Shown: positions 10,551 through 23,551 of the stretch, piece by piece
Position numbering within the stretch: the stretch's first letter is position 1
How the letters are laid out: each line of letters begins with the position of its first letter
Source: Zygnema circumcarinatum SAG 698-1b
Taxonomy: Eukaryota > Plantae > Zygnematophyceae
Direction of reading: 5' to 3'
Assembly (NCBI GenBank): GCA_037447605.1
Contig: CM074806.1
Location: forward strand, 3,162,001 to 3,226,000
DNA: 64,000 nt
Notes under the pieces: generated by a model
Seen by the model: the letters and a program-made list of their open reading frames with translations, nothing else
Databases searched by the model: none
Told to the model about the DNA's origin: nothing
Translations under genes and position numbers: made by a program

Positions 10551-13228
10551 ATGCTGGATTTCTTCCTGAAAATGAATTCTGGTGACTGGCATAGGCGTAC
10601 TCGATGCTTTCTGAGTTCGGCTAAAGCCGGGGAAACTTTCGGTTTTGTAACGACCATACCACGCCATTCTCCTCAGCTGCATCGTCAAAGCCTTCTCAAA
10701 ATCAAAGTTAGAACCTATGTAAACATGGGTTCAAATCGCCAGAGGCGACAATTGGCTGAATCTGCTGCTGAATTCGATGTCAGTGATACAATATCAGATC
10801 AGATTGATAGACAGCGGCATGCCTCTGTGGAGGCAGAAGACCTAATCCGCCCTTGCTCAAAGCCCAAGTATCGAATGTTGATGGCTTATGATGGTACTGG
10901 CTATGCAGGTACCCTCAGCACTGTCATTAATCCTTGCCGTTGCACTGTTATCATTCTTTTAAGTGGACGGATGCTCTCTAGCATCGTGTATTGTGTATTG
11001 TGTATTGTATTGTGTATTGTGTATCGTGTATTGTATTGTACCATTGTGTACTTTTAATGTGGTTTCAAATCCGAAGACCATTTTCTGGGCAAACAAATTT
11101 TGTGCGCACTATCATTCTACCACCTTTTATAGGCGTAATATTGACCTAGGAGGCCTGACAAGAATCGCCGCAAGCACAGATATGGTTACGGCTGTAGTGT
11201 ACTAAATATAACCATGTTTCTTCTCCAAACAATTCATGATTTTGTCGGATGTTTGGTAGGGTCCCTTGTAAGGCGAATGACCCTTAGACCTTGAGGCATG
11301 CATAAATATTAAAACTTGAGTTCATCATCCTTATCACCCTGTACGGAAATTGGGCTGTTCGAAGCGTTTCACTGCAGTATTTTGTCTGTGATTCTATATT
11401 ATTCTTAAGGATTGCCTGAAAATTTCTTGCATCGTAGTGCAACTTGTTGGCGAAACTTGGTAGTTTCTGTCATAAATCACGACTCAGTAAGCTCCCGAAA
11501 GATCAATCTGTTGGCTGCTTTCGCTATAGCGAATGGCTCTGGCGTCACGTTGTAGGGTTTCCATTGTTTCGTGTAGATTGTCCCTGCAAAGGCGTTCGTC
11601 ATTAATGGAACTATGGCTTGATTACGTGGTACAAGGGCAAGGATGTAGATAGTTGTCGCTGGCTCTATTCTACAATGCTTCTCCGCTGTGTCTTCTTTAA
11701 CGCAGGCTGGCAGGTGCAAAAGTCTGACCTCACCATTCAACATCTCGTAGAGCAGGCACTCTGCAAAATTACTGGACAAAATAGGCAGGACTTGGGGTTG
11801 ATGGCTGCCGGCCGAACAGATGCAGGTGTTCATGCAGCAGGGCAGGTTAGTATTGCTGATGAAGGACTTGAATTTTGTTTTCCGTTTTTGTCAAAGATGT
11901 AGGTATCACTCTGGGCCGAGCGATATCCGTGAGTCGGATCTTCCATGTGGAAAGCTCCTTCGGATTTAATCCCGCTGCTTCATTCATAGTCGTGTTCCTG
12001 GGGAGGTCCGAAATGCTGGGCAGGTGGTGCACTTCACAACGATCGACCCCTTTTCAAGCCTTGCTAAAGCACATGCTGCTTTGAATGGACTGTTGCCGGG
12101 CAGCATCAGAGTGTTACAACTCGCTGCTGCGTGTCCCGAATTCCATGCGCGCTACAGCCCCATATCGAAGACCTATTTCTACTCTGTACAAAACACCACC
12201 GTGCTAAATCCTCTAAAACGAGTGTATTCGCTTCATGTGAATTCCGCTCTTCAGTGGACAGCCATGGAAGAGGCTGCCCGGTTTTTAACCGGAGAACACA
12301 ATTTCGCAGCTTTTGCAAACTCTTCGATACTGAAGGAGAGAAACCCTTGCAGGAAGATCTTGCGTTTTGACTTGGTTGAGGAGGTATGTCATACCAACGG
12401 TTGCGAACTGCCTGTCGATTTGTATGATGTAAATACCCTTTATAAGAAGGCTGTGCACTTAACTTTTACATTCCAAATTCCATTTGAGGTGCTTGAAGTG
12501 AGTCAAGCTACAGCTGGGTGCTTTCCAGATCGAGCCTATTGTTATTGCCTAGTGATCAGTCACTAGTTGTTTTTTCCGTGAAATGTATATCTGTAGTTTA
12601 TTATACGTGTTGAAGTTGAGGCTAGTTATGCAAACATAACGTTTACTTGGTTCTCGTGCGCTATACTTTCTGCTCGTTCAAATACGAATGGATTCTCGTG
12701 ACGAGGTTAGATCTCAGGGTTCGAGCTCTGAACAGGGTTTTGCTGCCACAGGAAGGCGGCTTCCGATTTGAGGTGGAGGGAACAGGCTTTCTGTACAAGC
12801 AGGTCCGCAACATGGTAAGTATGTTTCTGGGTTCATTGCGTTTCGTGTGCCCTTATTTCCCCGAGTTCGAAGGGCCGTATGCTACTGTTGATCCCTGCTT
12901 TCCCATTTTTGCCCCCCCCCACAAGTTTGAGATTCCTGCCAGGTTTCATGTGCAGGTTGGGCTACTTCTGGCTGTAGGGAAAGGCTCTCTCTCTCCCACA
13001 GCGGTGCCGCTGTTGCTGCAGTCGGCCGACCGCACCAAGGTGGCCAGAATAGCAGCGGCAGCCCCTCCCCAGGGCCTCTCTCTGCAGCACGTGAAGTATC
13101 CGGAGGAGCTTCTGAGGTCTCCTGAGGGGAGCCCTGGTCCAAGCTTGGGATGCCTTCAGGGGAAGGCCGAGCCTCGAAAAGTATTTGTTGTTACAAACGA
13201 TTTGGAAATAAAAGTTGAAGTATCATGA
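10551..13228 (+). CDS. truA: TruA-family tRNA pseudouridine synthase with N-terminal extension (start codon uncertain)
   Basis: Exons ~10551-10908, 11706-11845, 12024-12383, 12752-12814 and 12956-13228. Motifs YRMLMAYDGTGYAGWQ, catalytic GRTDAGVHA, FHARYS, HNFAAF, GFLYKQVRNMV and APPQGL. Confidence 0.92.
10986..11045. repeat. Degenerate (TGTAT/TGTATTG)n microsatellite in TruA intron 1
   Basis: Repeated gtgtatt/gtatt units read directly. Confidence 0.8.
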
Positions 13229-13490
13229 AGGCGCGTGCTGGGTTCAGATTGCAGGAAGCGTGACCACTGGCCCTGGCAAGATGTTGTTTCTGTTGGTTTT
13301 GCCTTTCATATTCTCTCTTTAGGGCCATGGCTTGTGGTATGTGCTCTGATGACTCTGTGCTTGTGGCCCCTCTGGATGAAGTTTTGCCGCGATCAAATAC
13401 TGAACGGTGACGTCATCGTTACCGTTCACCGTTTTCACCGTTCGAAAAGACGAGGATCGTGGGAACCCACGATTTTTTATTCAAACAAAA

Positions 13491-15658
13491 TCAAGCACAG
13501 GAGCTACAAACAATGAGTAAAGGCAGCAGCGTAGATTTAATGGAAAGGGAGAGGGCTTCAGCCAGAAAACTTTCTCGCTGCAGCAAATGCTCATAGGCAC
13601 AGTGGACCCAATGCTGTTCAGCATACATGATCAACCATTTTGATAATTTTGGTGCCACAAAAATGGAAGGAGCACATATGGGAGGCAGGAGATCTTCAAT
13701 CAACCCGTATGAAGTGTCTGAGTCCGCCGTAAACTTCCAATTCATCAACACAAGTTTCACCAGCAGAAGTGGTACAATAAATAAAATGGAACTTTCAGAA
13801 GTATATATTCTTCATGTCCCATTCATACGATTTCCATTCATTCTCATCATCCTCTACACATTCTCTTTTTTTCTACTTCCCTTCTGTCCTCTCCTCTCTT
13901 TCCTCTCTCCATTCCCTTGGGGAAGGGGAAGGGAAGTGGAGGGGAAGGGGAGGGGAGAAGGGGAGGAAAAGGGGAGGGGAAGGGGAGGGGGAAAGGGGAG
14001 GGGAAGGTGAGGGGAAGGGGAAGGGAGGGGAAGGGGAGGGTTAGGGTTAGGAAGCTGAAAGGCTTCTTCGTCTGCCTGGGGAGGGGAGGAGAGCAGAAAG
14101 GAAGAAATATGGGCAAATTATGGAACAAGGAGAGGACAAGATCTGGCTGCTTTGCAAAACCAGCATGAGCATGAACATACCAAGGAGGTGCTGCAAAAAC
14201 CGGCAGAGAGAGAGCCATCCAACAAGAAAAGAAAAACACTTTTGTTCTTATGAAAGAAGTACAATTGAGGACAACGCTCATAAACCAACGCGACGACTGC
14301 ACAACATTTCCTGCGAACGCTTTATTGCACTCTCATTGAAAAAAAATCAAATGAAAAATGAAAAATGAAAAATGAAAAATGAAAAATGCTGGTCAGCCAG
14401 TTCCATGTTTAGCTATACTCTTGAACTGCACTTTGAAATTGAGGAACGATGGAAACTGCAAACATAATGATGTTGCAGCAAAAAAATCGCACTCAATCTC
14501 CCAAAGTCTGAGCAAACTAAACTGAAACTGAACCTGAAGCTGGCGTAGACATCGACTAATGAAGGAATGCAAAAGTGCAAACACTGTACATCAAAATGCA
14601 AAATTGACGTGCAACTAAAACTAAAACTGAAGCTGAATCTTCCCATTCGCTTTGGAGCTTTCAAAAGGCGTCTCCTTTGCTCGCCACATATTGTAAGCCT
14701 CCAAACAATCTCTCTTGAATTCCTCCGCAGTCTTCAGCTTCGCTGACTCAACCATTGCTTTAAACTCTCAAGGACAGAGCGAACACTTGAGGTTGCGGCC
14801 ATCCTTAGATGGCAAAAAGACCCCTCTCGGGTCACTCCACATGGGATGAAGTGGTTTCACCGGAGTTTTCAGCGATTTCGGGGCAAGTCCAAATTCACGT
14901 GCCAGCCCGAGAAACGATTCCTCTCGCGATCCCAATCATTCAACCTTTCACGAATAGAAGCTAATTCAGCTATTTCTTGCCATTCTTTTTCCTGCTTCAT
15001 TCTCCAAGAGGAGAAGCTTTGCGGGATGGGACTTGGCAAATTTACTGCCATTCGCCTTTCCCCCTCCCGAGTACTACTGTGGCGGCGGCTGTATTGCGGC
15101 TCACGGAACGCCAGTTGGCTCGCACTGAACACTGATGAGTCACGGAAGCCGGACTGCCTGGCACTAAATGGCGGCTCAGGCTCAGGCTCATACAGCCTGG
15201 ACTGCCTGGTATTAAATGGCGGGTGAGGCTGATAGAGCGGCGAGTAATATGCGGGATCTGTCTTCACGGTCGGGGGAACCTGTATTGCCAACAAGAGACA
15301 ACAAGCGCCACATTAGTCCAGCATATGCATACCAACCCAAAAAACTCATCCATACAAAAGCAAGCACCAAGGCAATGAACTTTTTGATGCTAACAACCCT
15401 AAAAACAAAAGGCTTGAAAGCTTTATAAGGTGGAGCAGGTCATACCCGGCGAGGATTGGCTAACTCCCTTGCGAACTCCTTGTGCAGCCAATCCACAACG
15501 GAAAGGTATGTCTTTTCGACTTCTTTGGCACCCACACCCAGCCAGAACCAAGCCGTGTCCAGCAAGCTGTATCCAAGATTTTCCATGACGACCAGCCATG
15601 GGACACTGCAAAAATCGAAGGCAAGGTCTTCAAGCTGCGTGCGGGCCGCTACAGCAGC
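13491..15658 (-). other. Coding-like segments of an uncharacterised or decayed gene
   Basis: Candidate exon 15446-15658 (AG/GT bounded, 71 aa) splices in phase 0 to a candidate exon starting at 15279 (VPPTVKTDPAYY...KQEKEWQEIAELASIRERL). Further protein-like blocks occur near 14640-14770 (AEEFKRDCLEAYNMWRAKE) and 13491-13735. No family recognised; there is an in-frame stop between blocks. Confidence 0.3.
13920..14040. repeat. G/A-rich low-complexity tract (GGGGA/GGGAA units)
   Basis: Many G3-G5 runs separated by A; read directly. Confidence 0.8.
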
Positions 15659-15765
15659 CTTTCAAACCTGCTGCTGAGGCTGCTGGGTGAGCAGTTGCAT
15701 CCTGCAGCCATAAAGCGCACAAATAAAGCAGCTGCAGCCTTCTGCACGGTACATGGATGAGCAGG

Positions 15766-17999
<2,234 letters not shown>

Positions 18000-18100
18000 G
18001 AGGGAGAAATGATGGCCCGGGCCGGAGGGCGTAGCCTTGGGGTGGGCCCCGGGCAGCCCTGAAATGGTTTTGGCTGCCGTGTGCGCGACGTAAGCGTCCG

Positions 18101-18565
18101 CGATTGGGCGAGCGCCATCCGGGCAGCTCAAGGTTGGCCGCGAGCTGCCCGGAAAGGAAAGGTGTGGCCCAAAATGGTGGACCGCGCGTCTACCTCATCT
18201 CAAATCTTGGATAAGACTGTACGGACAGACAGGTGGCGCCACCGCCGTGGGGGAATGGTGCGTACGGTACGCGTGACGTGACGTGACGCGCCGAAGGGGG
18301 GCTGCACCTGCTCGTACTCGCGGCGAGGGAGGACCGGAAAGAATTTCAGCTGCCCGGCCGACGCTCGCCCAATCGCGGACGGACACGGCAGCCGAAGTCA
18401 TTTCGGGCCATGCGTTGGACGGGCCATGGGTTGGATCAACCATTGGATCCAATGGTTGCGATTGGGCGTGCGTCGTCCGCGAAGCTCAAGGTTGGCCGCG
18501 AGTTGCCCGGGGAGGAAAGGTGTGGCTGAAAACGGTGGGCCACGCGCGTACCTTATCTTCAAATC
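18101..18565. repeat. Two diverged ~106-bp direct repeats (18101-18206 and 18459-18565)
   Basis: Both read cgattgggcg...gctcaaggttggccgcgag(c/t)tgcccgg...ggaaaggtgtggc...aa(t/c)ggtgg...cgcgcgt...caaatc. Confidence 0.8.
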
Positions 18566-19582
18566 TGGTTTTTTCTGGCCGACTTCTCGCCAATGCCACG
18601 CGGCCACGTCAGACACAATTTACGAACGATTTCTTCTGTTGGGCTGGGATAATCGCTGGTCTGACAAATTAGTTTTGGCAGGCTGTCAACGTGGCGTCAT
18701 GTTTCGTACAGACGACGATCCCCTTACCGTACGGCATCGATGATTCATGTCACGTAACGTCACGTCACGACATGGGATGACGGCGTCGGTGAGCCTTCCG
18801 AGTACTTTCACAGCCTCGGGGGTCGCCGTAGGGCGGCGGGCAGCTCAAAACGGTTCAAGTAGGGATTCGGGCAGGCCATAAATTGAACCATGACTCTCTC
18901 TTTGCCTCCGATTGGGAGGCATTTGGGGACATTTATATTTCCTTCCTGGTCTTCTACGGGCGTTGCTCCGAAAAAAAAAAATTCCCCGTTTCCCTGCTGC
19001 TCGAGACACGAGCTCTCATGACCTCCTGTTCAGTATAAAGCCGAGTTTTCCTACTAAAAAAAAATGTTAATTTTTTGTTTGTAGTACGTTTTTGTTTATT
19101 TTTCCCAATTTCGGGGAGTTGAATATTTATAAACCATTGTCATTTTTCTATTATTTTTTTTTAGTTTTCTTTCGGTTCTTTGACTCCGAAGGCATACGTA
19201 TTTTTTTGAAACATTTTCCTTAGCTTCTTCTCCCTCTCAGACCTGTCAATTAATTCACTGCGTATGCAACTCAAATACTTGTAAGTAATTTTCTTTCGAA
19301 CTGCAAAAATTCTTTTGTTTTCATTTGAATTTCCCTGTATTGCTGCTTGACTTCTGCAACCGAGTCAAAAATTGTCACTTGCTCATCATTCAATACTTGA
19401 TTTTCTTTTTTTTCTTAATCAACACATGACTGCACGTTCAGAAGATGCCATCCATATTACTGCCATTCTCAGTTTTTATTTCTCTTCTGTTGTTTTGCAG
19501 ACTAAATTCTCCTTCTATTGAAGAAGGAAAGAAGGATACAGTAGAGGCTTCAATTTTAGGGTTCAAAGTTGCGAGATTAACT

Positions 19583-22216
19583 ATGGTGAACAAGACTGCT
19601 GAAGTGAAGAAAGTCAGCGAAACAAATTCTATCGACGGAACGTTGCCATCGTCACCCGCTGCAGATCCACATCAAGCTTCAGACGTTCATTCAAGTGCTG
19701 CCAAGTCGGCAAACAAAGGTGGCAGGCAAACCTTTTCGCCTTGCGGTTTCCTGGTCTTCTCAATCGTATGGCTTTTATAGAAAGTCCCTTTTTTTTTTTA
19801 AATTTCGTCTGAGCCTCTCTCATTTTCCACTCTCTACCTTTCTCACTCTCTCCCTTTCCCTCTCACTTCGCCTTCTCCACTCACTCTCTTAAAAAAAAAA
19901 GGGAAAGATAAAAAGAAGAATTCAGGGGGAAGGGGAAGGACATGGGGGTGCTGATTGATTGCTGTGAAGATGACTGATGTACAAACAACGCTTCGCTGTT
20001 TCGAATGCACTTAGCTTGATCTTCCAACTCTAGGCTTCCTTCCTAATTGTCGACACCTGCGACTTTCCATTTCTACAGTGTTCATTTCTACAGTGTTCTA
20101 CTAGCCGAGTAAATCTTGAGCTCTTCCAGCAGTATTGTGCGCTGCATTTTCGGGAATGGTTTCAATCAAGGATTGATGTTGGTCTTCCCATCGTAACCAA
20201 CACATGCGAATGAATCTGTCTTTACCCATTGTCTTGTTGGAAGTTGCACGTTTATGAACCCATAGCAATGAGTGCTGTGTGCATGCATTCGTAAAAGAGC
20301 ATAGGAGCTGTGAAACGAAGTGGACAAGAAGCGTATGAAGCTTAGATAAGAGGGAGTCATTTATGACGTGAGGTGAAGGTATTGGGATGTTGGAATTGAC
20401 CAACAATTTTTTTTTTTTTTTTGTTGAATTGATTGATGCATCATCATCCGCTTTTCATCATTCATGCAGACGATAGTGTAATTCCCTGGGAGGAAGAGCT
20501 TCGGCTTCGTCCGGGCGTGGATTACGCGCCGGACATCTTGCAGTGGCTGGTGGATCGTACGCCTCTCAACGGAGTCTGGAAATGGGATCATGTCACACTT
20601 GTACGGCTCGTTGACAATCTGACCACTAGCATTTTTGTTAAGGCTCTTTGTCCTGAGCAGGCATTGATTGGTCAATGCGTATTGGCTGATTTAGTCATGA
20701 AGGCCGCTCATACCTGTATAGACAAGATAGGCATCGGCTCGGTTCATTCTACTAGTGCAGTGTTTGCAGGCTTCCCTCTCTTGGTTAACGGGAGGTTTGA
20801 GACTTGGGGTCTTTTGCCAGAAAGAAGCTTTGGTTGGATGCGGTTTAATGAATGAAGTTCGTTTCTATATGGCACCGAGTCAGCAATCACTTTTTGCCGT
20901 GTGGACATTCGGAAAGTAAGTATGCCACTACTTAATCATCATAATGGCAATAGTTATCATATGCCAATAGCATGTCGCCTTTCATGTTCTGATGCTTGAA
21001 AAATGGAGCTGAAGATTTACTTGCTTTAGTTGTTGACTCATCTTTTTGTTTTGTCCGCTCATACGGTCTATGATTTCCTCTCCTTTCTATTACAGACAAA
21101 TGGTTGGGCATCCTTCAATTGTGCACGGAGGTGCGATTGCTTTCGCATTTGACGAAAGTTTTGGTATTTTATTTGGTGAGTAGATTCTTGCTCTGCTCAT
21201 TGGTGTCTGCAGTCATCCCCTTTCCTCTTTCCCTGCTCTTTCTTTTTCGTTTCCTCTTTCTCGGTTCCCCATTTCTTGCTCCTGTTTCTGCACTCTCCCC
21301 TCTGCGCTTTTCTAAGCCGGAGATGTCGAATGGATTGAAATTGATAACCGTTTGGCTTGCTTATTTCTGTTGATGAATTCCGAGCCCTTTGGACTTGGGG
21401 GTGAGGCAGCCTCGTTAAGCATGGGACCGGGGTATACGGCCCACTTGGGAGTCGATTACAGGAAGGTAGGAGAAACCTCACTGCACTCAGCCTAGAGCAT
21501 TGGGGAAACATTAAATTGACGAATTTACCTCGCACAAGACTTCACAATGTGTTTTTGCATTCTGGCGTACTACTTTTTGTAAGGTCAAATTTTGGAAAAG
21601 GGTGAAGCAAAAACTGAGGTGGCAATGTTAACTCCAAACCAAGCCGCTGCCCAGAGACTGTGCTTGTAGAAATGAATTAAGAGATAAATTTCTGTCTGTC
21701 GGAAAACCTGTTTCGGAAAGTTTCGCCTATTCACTTGATTTTTGTGGAAGTGTATGCGGCTTCTGCGTTGAGATCGCTGTTGCAGTTGTCCTAACTTCGG
21801 TTACTGTCTTGCTGCCTCTACGAGCAGCCGTTCCCCGCTACCACATCGGCATGCCTGGAGGCCACGGTTGACTATATCGAGAGGCGAAAGGTGAGCGCAC
21901 TTGAATCCCTAAAGCCCGAATTTCTACAGACCTATCTTTTGCCTTCACGGCCAAGGCATGACCCTGCTTTACGACGATCCTTTCTTCGCGGATGAGGTCT
22001 GTGGATTGCGCGAAGTTTGTGTGTGGGAGGCGGCGGGTTGAGCAAGCAGCACGATTGTTTGACCTATGATGTATGCATGGTTTGTGTGAGACATGATCGA
22101 GATGTTGAACGCTCTTTTACAGGTGTTTTTTCAAGGCTACTTTAAGAAGTGAGCCGGGGGGTGAGCTTTATGCGGAAGGGAATGCATTGTTTGTAGCCGC
22201 CAAGAAGGAGCAATGA
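19583..22216 (+). CDS. Hot-dog fold acyl-CoA thioesterase, THEM4/THEM5/PaaI-like (not present in the ORF track as one unit)
   Basis: Exons 19583-19718, 20470-20600, 20821-20915, 21096-21175, 21410-21465, 21828-21890 and last exon 22136 (or 22123)-22216; phases consistent. Active-site motif GHPSIVHGGAIAFAFDESFG, then YTAHLGVDYRKP and LYAEGNALFV. The start may lie further upstream. Confidence 0.85.
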
Positions 22217-22784
22217 ACGGAATACGACTAAAGCAGGCGGAAATAAATTCGTCAAAGGCACGGATGGCTGGAAGCTCAATTTCGCACAAAAACGAAGAGT
22301 CCGCAGATGGTCGGGTTGCTGCTTGCTCTGGTATTTTTCTCCCTCTGCTCCACGGAGCTGTGACGTGTGTTCCGGTTGCAAACCAGTTTAGAAACGGATT
22401 GTCCCCTTGTCTGTGAAAAGAATGAGGCCAAGCTTCGCCTCGCTTGTGCAAGCCATGCTATTGTGTTAAATCTCCAAGGAGGACATTCTACATTCACCTT
22501 TGAAGCAGAGGAAAGCGGATAAACGATTGCACAAAAGCATTGAACATTTCAGCTGTAGCTTACAGCCTCCTGTGTGCATACGTGGCCGGAGAGGACGCCA
22601 GGAACGAAAACCTCCGCACCCGCCTTGTCTCACGCCATACTCTGTTCACACCTGCCTCGCAAACGAGAAGACCCTCGAGTCGAGTACGGCAGTTTTGCTG
22701 AATGGTGGGGGCTGCCGCTCCAGCGCCCTTATTCCCAGGCTGAGCCATGGTGTATGTGGCCATGCCTCGGCCCTGTGCAGCGCG

Positions 22785-22875
22785 CATGCCCATCCCATCC
22801 CATCCCATGCATGCCCATCCCATCCCATCCCATCCCATCCCATGCATGCCCATCCCATCCCATCCCATGCATGCC
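22785..22875. repeat. (CCATC)n microsatellite with CATGCATGC interruptions
   Basis: Read directly. Confidence 0.85.
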
Positions 22876-23551
22876 CCATACACTCCACCATACCATACAT
22901 GCTGAGCCTCGCCGCCGCCTGCCATGGCCCAGTGCCCGTCCCCGGCCCGTCCCGGCCCGGGCCGCGCCGCCCCCCTGGAAAGCGACAGGACGCACATCCC
23001 CGTCGGATCGCTGCGATCCGACGGCCGTGCAGGCGGCGGGCTGCAGCGCCGACACTCCGTACCGCAATCCTGCACTAAAAGACAAAATAATACATGCAGC
23101 TCCTTCCAAAAGTCGTAAGTCGCGACAGCCTACAGGCTCAATCTGCGCCCGCCACGTGTTTTCCAGCAAGTTGTTGGGCCACGCGGCAGCCCCCAGTTCA
23201 TCGCGACCGAACACGCCAATCGGCGGCCGCGGATTGTGCGAGCCTCGTCGATCCGGAACTTGTCGGCGCGGGTCGGACCGTACGGCGCGGCGGTATGTGC
23301 ATGTACGGACACGGCCAGGTCGGACCGCCAGGGTTTGGGCTCCTTATTTGAGACGGACGCACGGAAGGGGAGGGCGGCGCTAGCGCCAGCGCTGGCTGTA
23401 GTGGAGGGGAGTCCTGAAGGAAGGCCGCCGGGCGGACGTCTGCAGCAGCAGCAGCAGGAGCAACAGCAGCAGATTGGAACAGGGATTCAGAACCTTTGGA
23501 ATGGCAAGGGAACATGAGGTTGGGACTCATGCAGGAAGTTCTAGACAATGA

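Noticed and set aside
239-13228. Two TruA genes 10 kb apart as a tandem duplication
   Set aside because: C-terminal motifs and intron positions differ (FLRR/MVRILVA vs FLYKQVRNM/VGLL), indicating different old subfamilies; the proximity may be chance.
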